DNA of 36,111 nt from Leidyana gryllorum EB-2025a (GCA_048772705.1 JBLWGC010000129.1:1-36111); one strand, 5' to 3'; positions 19,559 to 28,903 are shown, counted from the stretch's first letter. Notes: generated by a model not told the origin, from the sequence alone. A program made the numbers and translations.

Positions 19559-19790
19559 CAAGTCCTCGAGTTTAGGCTTCGGCCGAGAGCCGAACCGTCT
19601 CGGAAAGATTCCACCATCAATACGACTGGAATTTGTTACCAAGTCCGAGCTTTCTTGCCGCCCCAACTCCGTCGGTAGAGCGCAAGACTTTTGAAGGGAG
19701 AACCGCGGGTTCGGGCGGCGCGAGCAGTCCTAGTAAAGCTTGCTGAACCGTATGTGAAGCCACTGGCCGCAAAATGCCAAGTTCGACAGC

Positions 19791-19872
19791 GGCAACTTGC
19801 CCGAGTGGTTAAGGGGGTAGACTAGAAATCTACTGGGCCGTGCCCGTGCTGGTTCAAATCCAGCAGTTGTCG
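19791..19872 (+). tRNA. trnS: tRNA-Ser(AGA)
   Basis: GTAGA-CT AGA AA-TCTAC, GGGC/GCCC variable arm, G73. Confidence 0.92.
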
Positions 19873-19947
19873 TGCGATGTGGTTGGAGGGTTAAACACCA
19901 ACTCACGCATGAATTTCTGAATGGTGGAAAAGCAACCATGTGTCCTC

Positions 19948-20018
19948 TGCATCTGCCGGGAATCGAACCCGGGTCGTCTCGATGGCAACGAGACATTCTA
20001 CCACTAGACCACAGATGC
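19948..20018 (-). tRNA. trnG: tRNA-Gly(GCC)
   Basis: TCTCG-TT GCC AT-CGAGA; intact. Confidence 0.95.
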
Positions 20019-20191
20019 GTGACACCTTGTTGTTGAAGCTCGTACACGGTAACGGCCGTTTTCTGAACGAATGGAATGTCCGTGGCGTGTTCAGAGCGTC
20101 CGAGATAGCATAGTGGTTACTATTTTCGCATGTCAGGCCTAAGAAGCAGGCCCGATTGCCGGTAAATGAGTCTGGAACGGGGGATGGTTTT

Positions 20192-20263
20192 GGGCCTATG
20201 GCGCAACGGTAGCGCGTCTGACTCCAGATCAGAAGGTTGGGTGTTCGAATCACTCTGGGCTCA
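20192..20263 (+). tRNA. trnW: tRNA-Trp(CCA)
   Basis: TCTGA-CT CCA GA-TCAGA; T5 run ~14 nt downstream. Confidence 0.95.
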
Positions 20264-20473
20264 ACCGGACTCTATGTTTTTCCCGTTTGGGACGCAACCT
20301 GACAAAAGTGGGATTCGAACCCACGACCTTTCGGACTCCGGTCTGAGCACAGCGCCTCAGACCACCCGGTCATCTTGCCGGGATGTTGTTGGCTCGCCGC
20401 TCCACGCGTGTTCTATCCCTGGAATCTCAAGATGGAAGGACTTTTGGGGTTTCAGGCCGGTGTGTTCGGAGCG

Positions 20474-20545
20474 TCCGAGATAGTATAGTGGTTAGTATTT
20501 CCGCCTGTCACGCGGAAGACCCGGGTTCGATTCCCGGTCTCGGAG
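20474..20545 (+). tRNA. trnD: tRNA-Asp(GTC)
   Basis: Intact consensus copy. Confidence 0.95.
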
Positions 20546-20600
20546 CACAATTGATCTCGCTTAAGATTGTCTTTTTTGGTGCCCGCTGAAAGTTGCGAGC

Positions 20601-20673
20601 TACAGCCACCGAGGATCGAACTCGGGACCTTCTGCGTGTTAAGCAGACGTCGTAACCACTAGACCATGGCTGC
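20601..20673 (-). tRNA. trnV: tRNA-Val(AAC)
   Basis: Intact. Confidence 0.95.
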
Positions 20674-20964
20674 ATGGATGGTCCCCGCAGCCCAAGAGAA
20701 GTGGCGAAGCTTCAGGGAGTAGTGAGGACCAGTTCAAGGGTCGCGCCGGGATCGAACCCAGGTCGCAAAATCCAAAGTGTCGAGTGCTAACCACCAAGGA
20801 CGCAACCGGTTCAGCCCATCCCAGAAGAGTCGGACTAGCGCTTCCTCAACTGGACACATGCAACACGGGTCTTGTATACAGACCCCAGCGTCAAGAATTG
20901 GATTCGAGTCGGGCAAAAACCTCAGTTCAATCATTCAACCAGTTGCGCTCTCCCCGAATGCTAC

Positions 20965-21046
20965 CGACAAGGGTGAGATTCGAACTCACGCGGGTGGCAC
21001 CCAACGGCTTAGCAGGCCGCCGCCTTAACCACTCGGCCACCTTGCC
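20965..21046 (-). tRNA. trnS: tRNA-Ser(GCT)
   Basis: GCGGC-CT GCT AA-GCCGT, long variable arm, G73. Confidence 0.94.
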
Positions 21047-21231
21047 GACGACATCTCTTACTCGCTGGCACTTTTCACAACGGTTTGGGGTCCTAGTCAA
21101 GCTTGCTTAACCGTATGTGACATCACTGGCCGCAAAATGCCGAGTTCGACAGGTGGCAACTTGCCCGAGTGGTTAAGGGGGTAGACTAGAATGGGCCTGG
21201 CGTGGCACAATCAACCAGGTGCCATCTCCTG

Positions 21232-21302
21232 TGCATCTGCCGGGAATCGAACCCGGGTCGTCTCGATGACAACGAGACATTCTACCACTAGACCACAGAT
21301 GC
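21232..21302 (-). tRNA. Gly body with GTC (Asp) anticodon, otherwise identical to Gly-GCC
   Basis: rc TCTCG-TT GTC AT-CGAGA. Confidence 0.8.
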
Positions 21303-21605
21303 GTAATAACTTGTTGCGCTAGTCGCTCGGTGTGCAGACGCCACAGCATTTCGTGATTCTTCATAGCATAGTTGCACCACCATCCGTTCGGCTGTTTGGT
21401 CTAGTATGTTCCTTCCTTGGGTGGAAGGAGTCTGGGCTCGATTTCCAGAACAGCACGTCTTACAATTGTTGTCTCACTCCGCGTCTCTCCAAGGTCGGCT
21501 AAGATATGCGGCTCTTACCCCGTACAATCCCGCATGAAGTCTAGACAGCTGAGACAAAATCTGATTTGCATCAGTTGTGAGGGGCTAAAACCCGACCACT
21601 CGCCC

Positions 21606-21678
21606 AGACGCTACTGGGACTCGAGCCCACAATCCCCAGTTCCGTGGACCGACGCCACATCCATTGGGCCATACCGCC
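21606..21678 (-). pseudogene. degenerate tRNA-Arg(ACG)
   Basis: U33, T54 and stems altered. Confidence 0.75.
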
Positions 21679-21765
21679 GATCAACGGGGGCGTCAAATGA
21701 GAGTGTGTTGGGATCAAGCGTTGTCGATCCGGCAAGAGTTCCCATCCGAGAATCCAGAGACATAC

Positions 21766-21837
21766 TGTCCGAGCCAGGAATCGAGCCTGGGTTTGCACGG
21801 CCACAACGTGCTGTCCTAACCACTAGACGATTCGGAC
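21766..21837 (-). tRNA. trnH: tRNA-His(GTG)
   Basis: As the 1937 copy, with G7A. Confidence 0.83.
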
Positions 21838-22036
21838 AATCTTCAGGTGTGGGGCCACTCCTCGCCACATGACGGAATCGACAGTTGCTAACTTGCCCGA
21901 GTGAGGAACTAGTGCAGATCCAGCAGTTGTCGTGCGATATGATTGGAGGGGTCAGACACCAACTTACGCATGAATCCTGTGGTTGAGCTGATGCTATTTC
22001 CAGCATCAAACCCTCATATGGATCGACACAGGGGAA

Positions 22037-22108
22037 GCCTTCTTAGCTTAGAGGCAGAGCATTCGCTTTGTAAGCGAAAGGTCGCTGGTTCGATTGCGGC
22101 AGAAGGCT
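22037..22108 (+). pseudogene. degenerate tRNA-Thr(TGT)
   Basis: B-box TTCGATTG. Confidence 0.72.
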
Positions 22109-22369
22109 GGACTGCATCGACTGGGAAGCTACAAAGCTTGAGTGTTTCGAGCTCCAATCAGCCTAGCTGAGTCTGTTAGCTCCGTGGGCAGAGGATAAGT
22201 CTTCTAGCCACACAGTCGCAGGTTTGGAACCTGCAGTAGTGTGACGCACCCACAAGCTCAACGCAAACTCCGCCCGAGTCTCGGGTAGAAGTCCAAGGGT
22301 AGGATGCGAGCTTCCCATGCTTGGAGCCCGGGTTCGAGTCCCGGCAGTCTCGAATAAAAAACCCTTGCC

Positions 22370-22442
22370 GGCGCTATGGCCTAATGGATATGGCATCGGT
22401 CTACGGAACCGGGGATTCTGGGTTCGAGTCCCAGTAGCGTCT
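22370..22442 (+). tRNA. trnR: tRNA-Arg(ACG)
   Basis: Intact. Confidence 0.94.
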
Positions 22443-22649
22443 GGGAAAGTTGTGGGCTTGCAGCCCCTCACAACTGCTGCCACTCAGATTTTGTCTCAGC
22501 TGGTCTGGACTTCATTCGGGATTGTACGGGTGAAAGCCGCATATCCTAACCACTTGGACTACAGTTGACAAGCTCCCGAGCTGAGGCTTCGGATGAGAGC
22601 TGTACCATCTTGATCTGAGGTGGAGCGTCGGGTCAACCGACAACCAACG

Positions 22650-22721
22650 GGGCTGTTCTGGGAATCGAACCCAGGACTTCTTCCACCCGAAGGAAGAATC
22701 ATACCACTAGACCAAACAGCC
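22650..22721 (-). tRNA. trnP: tRNA-Pro(CGG)
   Basis: Intact. Confidence 0.94.
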
Positions 22722-22855
22722 GTCTGTCGGTCGTGCAACCCGGTGAGCACAGTCGCGAGAGTGGTCATACTATGTTGAGAATCAACAAAATGCGACGGGG
22801 TCTGCACAACAAAATGGAAGGACTCTTGGGGTTGGAGGCCGGCGTATCCAGAGCG

Positions 22856-23055
22856 TCCGGGATAGTATAGCGGTTAGGATTTCCGCCTACCACGCGGAGG
22901 ACCCCGGTTCGATTCCCGGTCTCGGAGCACACTTGGTTTCGCTTGAGATTCTCTCCTTTGGTTCTCGCTGAAAGTTGCGAGCTACAGCCACCAAGGATCG
23001 AACTCGGGAACTTCTGCGTGTGAAGCAGACGTCGTAAGCACTAGACCATTGCTGC
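22856..23055. pseudogene. degenerate Asp+ and Val(CAC)-
   Basis: Asp anticodon loop shortened; Val has several changes. Confidence 0.72.
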
Positions 23056-23164
23056 ACGGAGCTTCCGGACTGTGAAAGCGGCGTGTGTCTCTGGAAACAG
23101 GTATCTGATGGAGGCAGAAGGCTCGCACGGGTGCGAAGAATGACACCGAATGTCACACCCTCTT

Positions 23165-23237
23165 TGCCTCGGCCGTGGATCGAACACGGGACTTCCAGAT
23201 CTTCAGTCTGGCGCTCTCCCAACTGAGCTACCGAGGC
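23165..23237 (-). tRNA. trnF: tRNA-Phe(GAA)
   Basis: Intact. Confidence 0.95.
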
Positions 23238-23654
23238 GGTAGGTAGTCATGGAAGGCGGTGAAAATAAGCACTTATCGCGGCCGTATGTGAGACCCACTC
23301 CTCGCAGCATGACGCAATCGACAGTTGCCAACTTGCCCGAGTGAGGAACTAGTGTAGATCCAGCACATCTTGCGCCCTGTGGCTTCACATACGGTTCAGC
23401 AAGCTTGACTAGGGCTGCTCGCGCGGCGCGAAGCCGCGGTTTTCCCTTAAAAAGTCTGGCGCTCTACCGACGGAGTTGGGGCGGCAAAAAAGCTCGCCCT
23501 GTACCCAGGAAAGCGCAAGATTCCACGATCAATACAAATGGAATTTGTTACGAAGTCCGAATCTGTGTCAGAGATTTATTCACTTGGTCACGCCGACATA
23601 CCATTCTTTCCAAGACGATACGGCTCTCGGCCGAAGCCTCAACTCGAGTACGTG

Positions 23655-23727
23655 TCCACTGTAGTCTAAGTGGCTAGGATATGCGGCTTTCACCCGCACC
23701 ATCCGGGTTCAAGTCCCGGCAGTGGAA
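23655..23727 (+). tRNA. trnE: tRNA-Glu(TTC)
   Basis: TGCGG-CT TTC AC-CCGCA. Confidence 0.9.
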
Positions 23728-23803
23728 GTCATTGAACTAGTCGACCAAAGTGCCACACTAATCTCCGTGAATAGCCATTCTTTCGTTATCTCCGGCTTAC
23801 AGT

Positions 23804-23875
23804 GCCTTCTTAGCTTAGGGGCAGAGCATTCGCTTAGTAAGCGAAAGGTCGCCGGGTCGATTCCGGCAGAAGGCT
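23804..23875 (+). tRNA. trnT: tRNA-Thr(AGT), T54G
   Basis: Single B-box change. Confidence 0.75.
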
Positions 23876-23889
23876 TTGATGCATCAAGA

Positions 23890-23962
23890 GGGCTGTTCTG
23901 GGAATCGAACACAGTACCTCTCGCATGCTAAGCGAGCGCTCTACCATTTGAGCTAGTCGCCC
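23890..23962 (-). pseudogene. In-register Ala(AGC)/Pro chimeric tRNA gene
   Basis: Ala sequence up to the T-stem, then Pro TTCGATTCCCAGAACAGCCC. Confidence 0.85.
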
Positions 23963-24077
23963 ATTCAGCAAATCTCAGTACATCCAGTTCTTTTCACATG
24001 GTATGACCAATCTCCCAACTGCATCGATCACTTTCACCAGTTTGTGCTCCACTTTGCACGAACGAAGGCACGCAGGA

Positions 24078-24150
24078 AACGGCTGGAGGGACTCGAACCC
24101 TCAACCTTTGCCTTAGGAGGGCAACGCGCTATCCATTGCGCCACAACCGC
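24078..24150 (-). tRNA. trnR: tRNA-Arg(CCT)
   Basis: TTGCC-CT CCT AA-GGCAA; intact. Confidence 0.94.
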
Positions 24151-24250
24151 ATTCGGCACGCATCCGACTTTTGACTGGGACGAACGCGGGCTGCCCCGAG
24201 GTGTCTCCTCTTTCACCCAACCAGTATCCAGATGACCGAAGCCTATCCAT

Positions 24251-24323
24251 GGTGCGGTGGCCTAATGGATAGGGCATCGGTCTTCGGAACCGGGAGTTGT
24301 GGGTTCGAGTCCCATCCGCATCA
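24251..24323 (+). tRNA. trnR: tRNA-Arg(TCG)
   Basis: TCGGT-CT TCG GA-ACCGG. Confidence 0.92.
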
Positions 24324-24631
24324 TAGCCTCTCACTCGGAAGACGTTCCGTTTCGACCGAGGCAAGCTTGCTAGCTGTATGGGGAGCCACTGCCGCGCATG
24401 TCGAGTTGAAGTGCTAGTGATATGATTTTCCTTCGCTTGTGGGAGTGTTCGATTCGATTCCCGAGCAGTCTGTTTTTGAGTATGTTGCAGACAGCTCAAC
24501 GCAGAAAACGCCCGAGTCTCTCGGGGTGCTGCAGCTCTTACGAAATTGCACTTGTGGTCTAAGGGTAAGTTACGACCTTGGAAGGGTCCAAGAGAACAAG
24601 GGCCGTTGAGAGTGTACACCGTCGCACAACC

Positions 24632-24704
24632 CGGTCCTGGCAGGTTTCGAACCTGCGACTTTGTGGTTAACAGCTTCACGCTCTGCCGACTGAGCTACGA
24701 GACC
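24632..24704 (-). pseudogene. tRNA-Asn(GTT) with anticodon-stem damage
   Basis: TGAAG/CCACA stem. Confidence 0.72.
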
Positions 24705-24854
24705 CAGTTACAATGTCCTTCCACCCGAGGAAGAATCATCCACTAGACCGAACAGCTCCCGTTACGGCACTGAGAGGTGGGAGAACTGTCCGCATCTCAA
24801 CAGCCAGCGTTTCCGCTTCCTTCATCATGTCCGCGAGTGAGATGTCAGAATCTA

Positions 24855-24926
24855 TGATGCGGATGGGACTCGAACCCACCACTCCCGTTCCGCAGCCAGA
24901 TGCCCCATCCATTAGGCCACCGCACC
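24855..24926 (-). pseudogene. degenerate Arg(TCG)-type gene
   Basis: Acceptor and T arm match the 24251 copy; anticodon arm broken. Confidence 0.75.
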
Positions 24927-25391
24927 ATGGACAGGCTGCGCTGAGTTCGATTCCCAGAACCAGCCCGTTTTGCTCTCGATCGACCCGACACTCCACCTTT
25001 TTTAAGACGATACAGCTCTCCACCGAGGCTCCACTTCCCGGATCTTGTCCACTACAGTCTAAGTGGCCAGGTATGCGGCTCTCACCGGCACGCTTCAAGT
25101 TCGAGTAGGTCAATGCGATCCCAGTGAATTACTCCAGCATCGCCTTCTGCCCACCGGACCGCCGGACTGGAGCAGGCGTCACTGGAACTCCAGCACAGAA
25201 CCCCCACTTCGGTAAAACGATACCATATCCATCAGGCCATGGTGCCGGTTGGCAGGGGGAGTAAGCTGAGGTACCTGGGAGAAATAACACCCAAGCTTGC
25301 GGTGGGATAGAAACGAACCGCAAGAAATCCGATGCCACAACCATCCACAATGCGGGCGGAGGATCGCAACCATGTTTAGGCTGATGACTGA

Positions 25392-25463
25392 AGCCTCCTG
25401 TCGGAATCGAACCAGCGACTTTTCGCTTATAAAGCGCATGCTGTACCCCTAAGCTAAGGAGAC
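25392..25463 (-). pseudogene. degenerate Thr(TGT) body with loop TT TAT AA
   Basis: Multiple changes including G35A. Confidence 0.72.
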
Positions 25464-25527
25464 ATTCCCTGTCTCGACCCATATGAGTTTTTCATGCTGG
25501 GAATTGCATTAGTTCCACCACATCGCA

Positions 25528-25609
25528 CGACAACTGCTGGATTTAAACCAGCGCGGGCCACGCCCAGTAGATTTCTAGTCTACCCCCTTAACCACTCGGG
25601 CAAGTTGCC
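25528..25609 (-). tRNA. trnS: tRNA-Ser(AGA), C56T
   Basis: T-loop TTTAAAT; otherwise intact. Confidence 0.75.
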
Positions 25610-26155
25610 ACCTGTCGAACTCGGCATTTTGCGGCCAATGGTTTCACATACGGTTCAGCAAGCTTGAGTTCTCGCGCTGCCCGAACCCGCGGTCTCCCCT
25701 CAAAAGTCTTGCGCTCTATCGACGGACTTGGGGCGGCAACGAAGCTCGGACTTAGTAACAAATTCCATTCGTATTGATCGTGGAATCTTGGGCCTTCTTC
25801 GGGTACAGGGCGAATCTGTATCAGAGATCCACTCACTTGGTCACGCGCGGGCTCCAGTCGCGGACTCGGAAGTTATCAGGCTCACGCTCCAACCGACTGG
25901 AATATGTGACCGCTTCAGAGTTGAGGTGAACAGTCACTAGCCGAAGGAGCGAGTGATGTGCACGGCAAAACCCCCATGACTGGGATTGAAGCGGCCGCTC
26001 AGACCTTCGTCCACCCCGCCAAACAGTCATTCCGAGAGCCAAATACTGACATCGAGAAGGGGGTGTACCTACACCACTGACAGTTCGCACGGAACCCCGA
26101 TGGAAGGTGCGCTGGTCCGGATGGCTGTACCGACTCTTTTGGGATGGGCTGAGCC

Positions 26156-26361
26156 GGTTGCGTCGTGTAGTGGTTAGCACTGGAGACTCTGAATCTCCCG
26201 ACCTGGGTTCGATTCGCCGCGCGACCTTGGAACTGGTCCTCACTACTCCCTGAAACTTCGCCATGTCTTGGGCTGCGGAGACCATCCGTGCAGCAATGGT
26301 CTAGTGGTTACGACGTCTGCTTCGCACGCAGAAGTCCCGATTTCGATCCTCGGTGGTTGTA
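26156..26361 (+). pseudogene. degenerate Gln(CTG) 26156-26227 and Val body with CGC loop 26290-26361
   Basis: T-arm damage in both; mirrored at 28511-28722. Confidence 0.75.
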
Positions 26362-26579
26362 GCTCGCAACTTTCAGCGAGAACCGAAGCAGAGAATCTCA
26401 AGCGAAACCACCTGCGTTTCGAGACCGGCAATCGAACCCGGGTCTTCCGCGTGACAGGCGGAGGCACTAACCACCATACTAACTCGGACCCTCTGAACAC
26501 GCCGGCCTCCAATCCCAGAAGTCTTTCTATTTCGGCTCACGGACAGAAAACGTGTAAAGTGGCGAGCCAAGAACGCTCC

Positions 26580-26659
26580 GGCAAGATGGCCGAGTGGTCT
26601 AAGGCGCTGTGTTCAGGCCGCAGTCCGAAAGGGCGTGGGTTCGAATCCCACTCTTGTCA
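26580..26659 (+). tRNA. trnL: tRNA-Leu(CAG)
   Basis: CTGTG-TT CAG GC-CGCAG; intact consensus copy. Confidence 0.95.
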
Positions 26660-26825
26660 GCCGTTGTATTGGCACTCGGTGAGCTACTAGGATCCATATC
26701 CAGTCTTACCAGAACTTGAGTCTGGCACCTCGGACGACCCCTAAATCTGCGGCCTAGTTGAGAGCTTGAAGTGTCACTGTCGAGGTTCTGAAGTTGAGCC
26801 TGCGAACCTCGACGCGGTTGGCCGG

Positions 26826-26905
26826 CCGGGGGTAGCTCAGTTGGTAGAGCATCTGACTGTAGTACTGGCATCAGATAGTCGGCGGTTCGATTCCGTCCCA
26901 CCGGA
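26826..26905 (+). tRNA. trnY: tRNA-Tyr(GTA) with 7-nt intron
   Basis: TCTGA-CT GTA G[TACTGGC]A-TCAGA. Confidence 0.9.
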
Positions 26906-27299
26906 AGTAGAGAGATGGTTTGAAAACTACTACTCAACCTATGTGCCAACTGGATTTAATCTGGCGATGATTCTATAGATGTAGTTTGGATGGGCTAGGG
27001 ACCGATCCAAGTACCTTTTGTACGCTAAGCGACCGCTTAACCATCTGAGCTGGCCGCCCGCCGTGCCTACCCCATACCATTGGCTTCTACTTTACATATT
27101 ATGAACAGTCTCTTGATTGTAAAGCGGGTTTAAACACCGACCAGGCGGCTGTTTGATGTAGTGGTATAATTTTTCCTTCGTGTACAAGAACTCCTGAGTT
27201 CGATTCCTAGAACAGTCCCGTTGCTTGTCGGTTGGGCCGACGCTCCACCTCATCTCAAGATGGTACGGCTCTCGTCCGAAGCCTCAGCTCGGGAGCTTG

Positions 27300-27372
27300 T
27301 CCACTGTAGTCTAAGTGGCTAGGGTATGCGGCTCTTACCCGCACGATCCGGGTTCAAGTCCCGGCAGTGGAA
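27300..27372 (+). tRNA. Glu body with CTT (Lys) anticodon
   Basis: TGCGG-CT CTT AC-CCGCA; A24G, otherwise intact. Confidence 0.75.
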
Positions 27373-27448
27373 GTCATTGGACCATTCGAGCAAAGTGCTG
27401 CAGTAACCTCCGTCAAGAGTGACTGACTCGTGATCTTTGGCTTGCATT

Positions 27449-27521
27449 GCCTTCTTAGTTTAGGGGCAGAGCATTCGCTTAATTAAGCGAAAGGTCGCCG
27501 GTTCGATTCCGGCAGAAGGCT
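27449..27521 (+). pseudogene. Thr body with 8-nt loop TTAATTAA
   Basis: TTCGCTTAATTAAGCGAA is a perfect palindrome. Confidence 0.75.
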
Positions 27522-27570
27522 TTGGTCACGACCCAATCAATTCTATAGCTGTTTCCCTCCTGCGCACACT

Positions 27571-27642
27571 TAGCAGTGCGTCGTTTCGATCGACGGACCT
27601 TTGGGTTATGAGCCCAACACTCTTCCACTGAGCTACACTGCT
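27571..27642 (-). tRNA. trnM: initiator tRNA-Met(CAT)
   Basis: Intact. Confidence 0.96.
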
Positions 27643-28112
27643 TAGTCTGCAACATTGAAGAGGGAGCAGGAATGCGATTCTTGAGATGTTATTTGCCTTG
27701 AGTGCCGCAGTCTGCTAACGAGCTGGCTGCGTTGGTTCTAGAAACTGCTTATCTCATCGGGTCAACCGACAACCAAGAGGGCTGTTCTGGGAATCGAACC
27801 AGGTCTCCTTCCACCCTAAGGAAAGATCATACCGCTAGACCAAACAGCCGCCCGTCTGTCGTGCAACCTGCTGGGTACACTCGAGAAAGTGGTCATACTA
27901 TGTGAAGTACCACTAAATGCGATGGGGTCTGCACAGCGGGAGGCTAGCCCAGATGATGAAACGGTGCTTAGTATACGAAAGGTTCCGGGATCGATTCTCA
28001 GCCCATCCGAACTACATAGATGGAACCCTCCCCAGAGTAGTCTAGTTGGCCTATCAACGCTGTCTGCCAAAACCATCAGGTTGAGTAGTACTCTGCCAAT
28101 CACCCCTCTACT

Positions 28113-28192
28113 TCCGGTGGGACGGAATCGAACCGCCGACTATCTGATGCCAGCACTACAGTCAGATGCTCTACCAACTGAGCTACCCCCGG
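28113..28192 (-). tRNA. trnY: tRNA-Tyr(GTA) with 7-nt intron
   Basis: Intron TGCTGGC. Confidence 0.9.
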
Positions 28193-28903
28193 CCGTCCAA
28201 CTGCTCCGGGGTTCAAAAGGCTTAACCCCAGATCCTCGCCCTTTCGGACTGCGGCCTGAACACAGCGCCTTAGACCACTCGGCCATCTTTGTCGCAGTCT
28301 TGTTGGTTCGTCGCTCCACGCGTTTTTGTCCGTGAGCCGAAATAGAAAGACTTCTGGGATTGGAGGCCGGCGTGTTCGGAGCGTTCGAGTCAGTATAGTG
28401 GTTAGTGTCTCCGCCTGTCACGCGGAAGACCCGGGTTCGATTCCCGGTCTCGAAATGCAGGTGGTTTCGCTTGAGATTCTCTGCTTCGGTTCTCGCTGAA
28501 AGTTGCGAGCTACAACCACCGAGGATCGAAATCGGGACTTCTGCGTGCGAAGCAGACGTCGTAACCACTAGACCATTGCTGCACGGATGGTCCCCGCAGC
28601 CCAAGACATGGCGAAGTTTCAGGGAGTAGTGAGGACCAGTTCCAAGGTCGCGCGGCGAATCGAACCCAGGTCGGGAGATTCAGAGTCTCCAGTGCTAACC
28701 ACTACACGACGCAGACGCAACCGGCTCAGCCCATTCCAGAAGAGTCTGTTCCTCAACTGGACACACGCAACACGGGTCTCTACTGACCTCTGAAATATTT
28801 TAAGTGGCTCCTGTATAAAGCGCCCAGCGTAAGCGTTGGATTTGGGTGGGACAGAAAGCTCACTTAAATCCTTGAAGCAGTTGCGCTTTTTCTCAAATGC
28901 AAC

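Larger units (their letters stand above)
19253..19686 (+). repeat. Segment duplicated at 35678-36111 (continues past the window end)
   Basis: Offset 16425; identical shadow ORFs at 19292 and 35717. Confidence 0.92.
26150..28730. repeat. Large imperfect inverted arrangement (Gln-Val-Asp-Leu-Tyr-Ala*-Pro on each arm)
   Basis: Mirror gene order; shared private mutations (Val loop TT CGC AC, Gln TTCGCCGC); matching shadow ORFs at 26268(+) and 28604(-). Confidence 0.85.

Noticed and set aside
25950-26040. Possible tRNA-Sec (minus-strand CTTCAA)
   Set aside because: Flanks do not form the anticodon stem or the 9/4 Sec fold
26290-26361. Other anticodon changes as functional switches: Val-CGC here, Gln-CTT at 16560, Asp-GAC at 5046, Glu-TCT at 2830, Gly-GCT at 17179
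   Set aside because: Each has additional T-arm, D-loop or acceptor lesions, consistent with ordinary pseudogene decay
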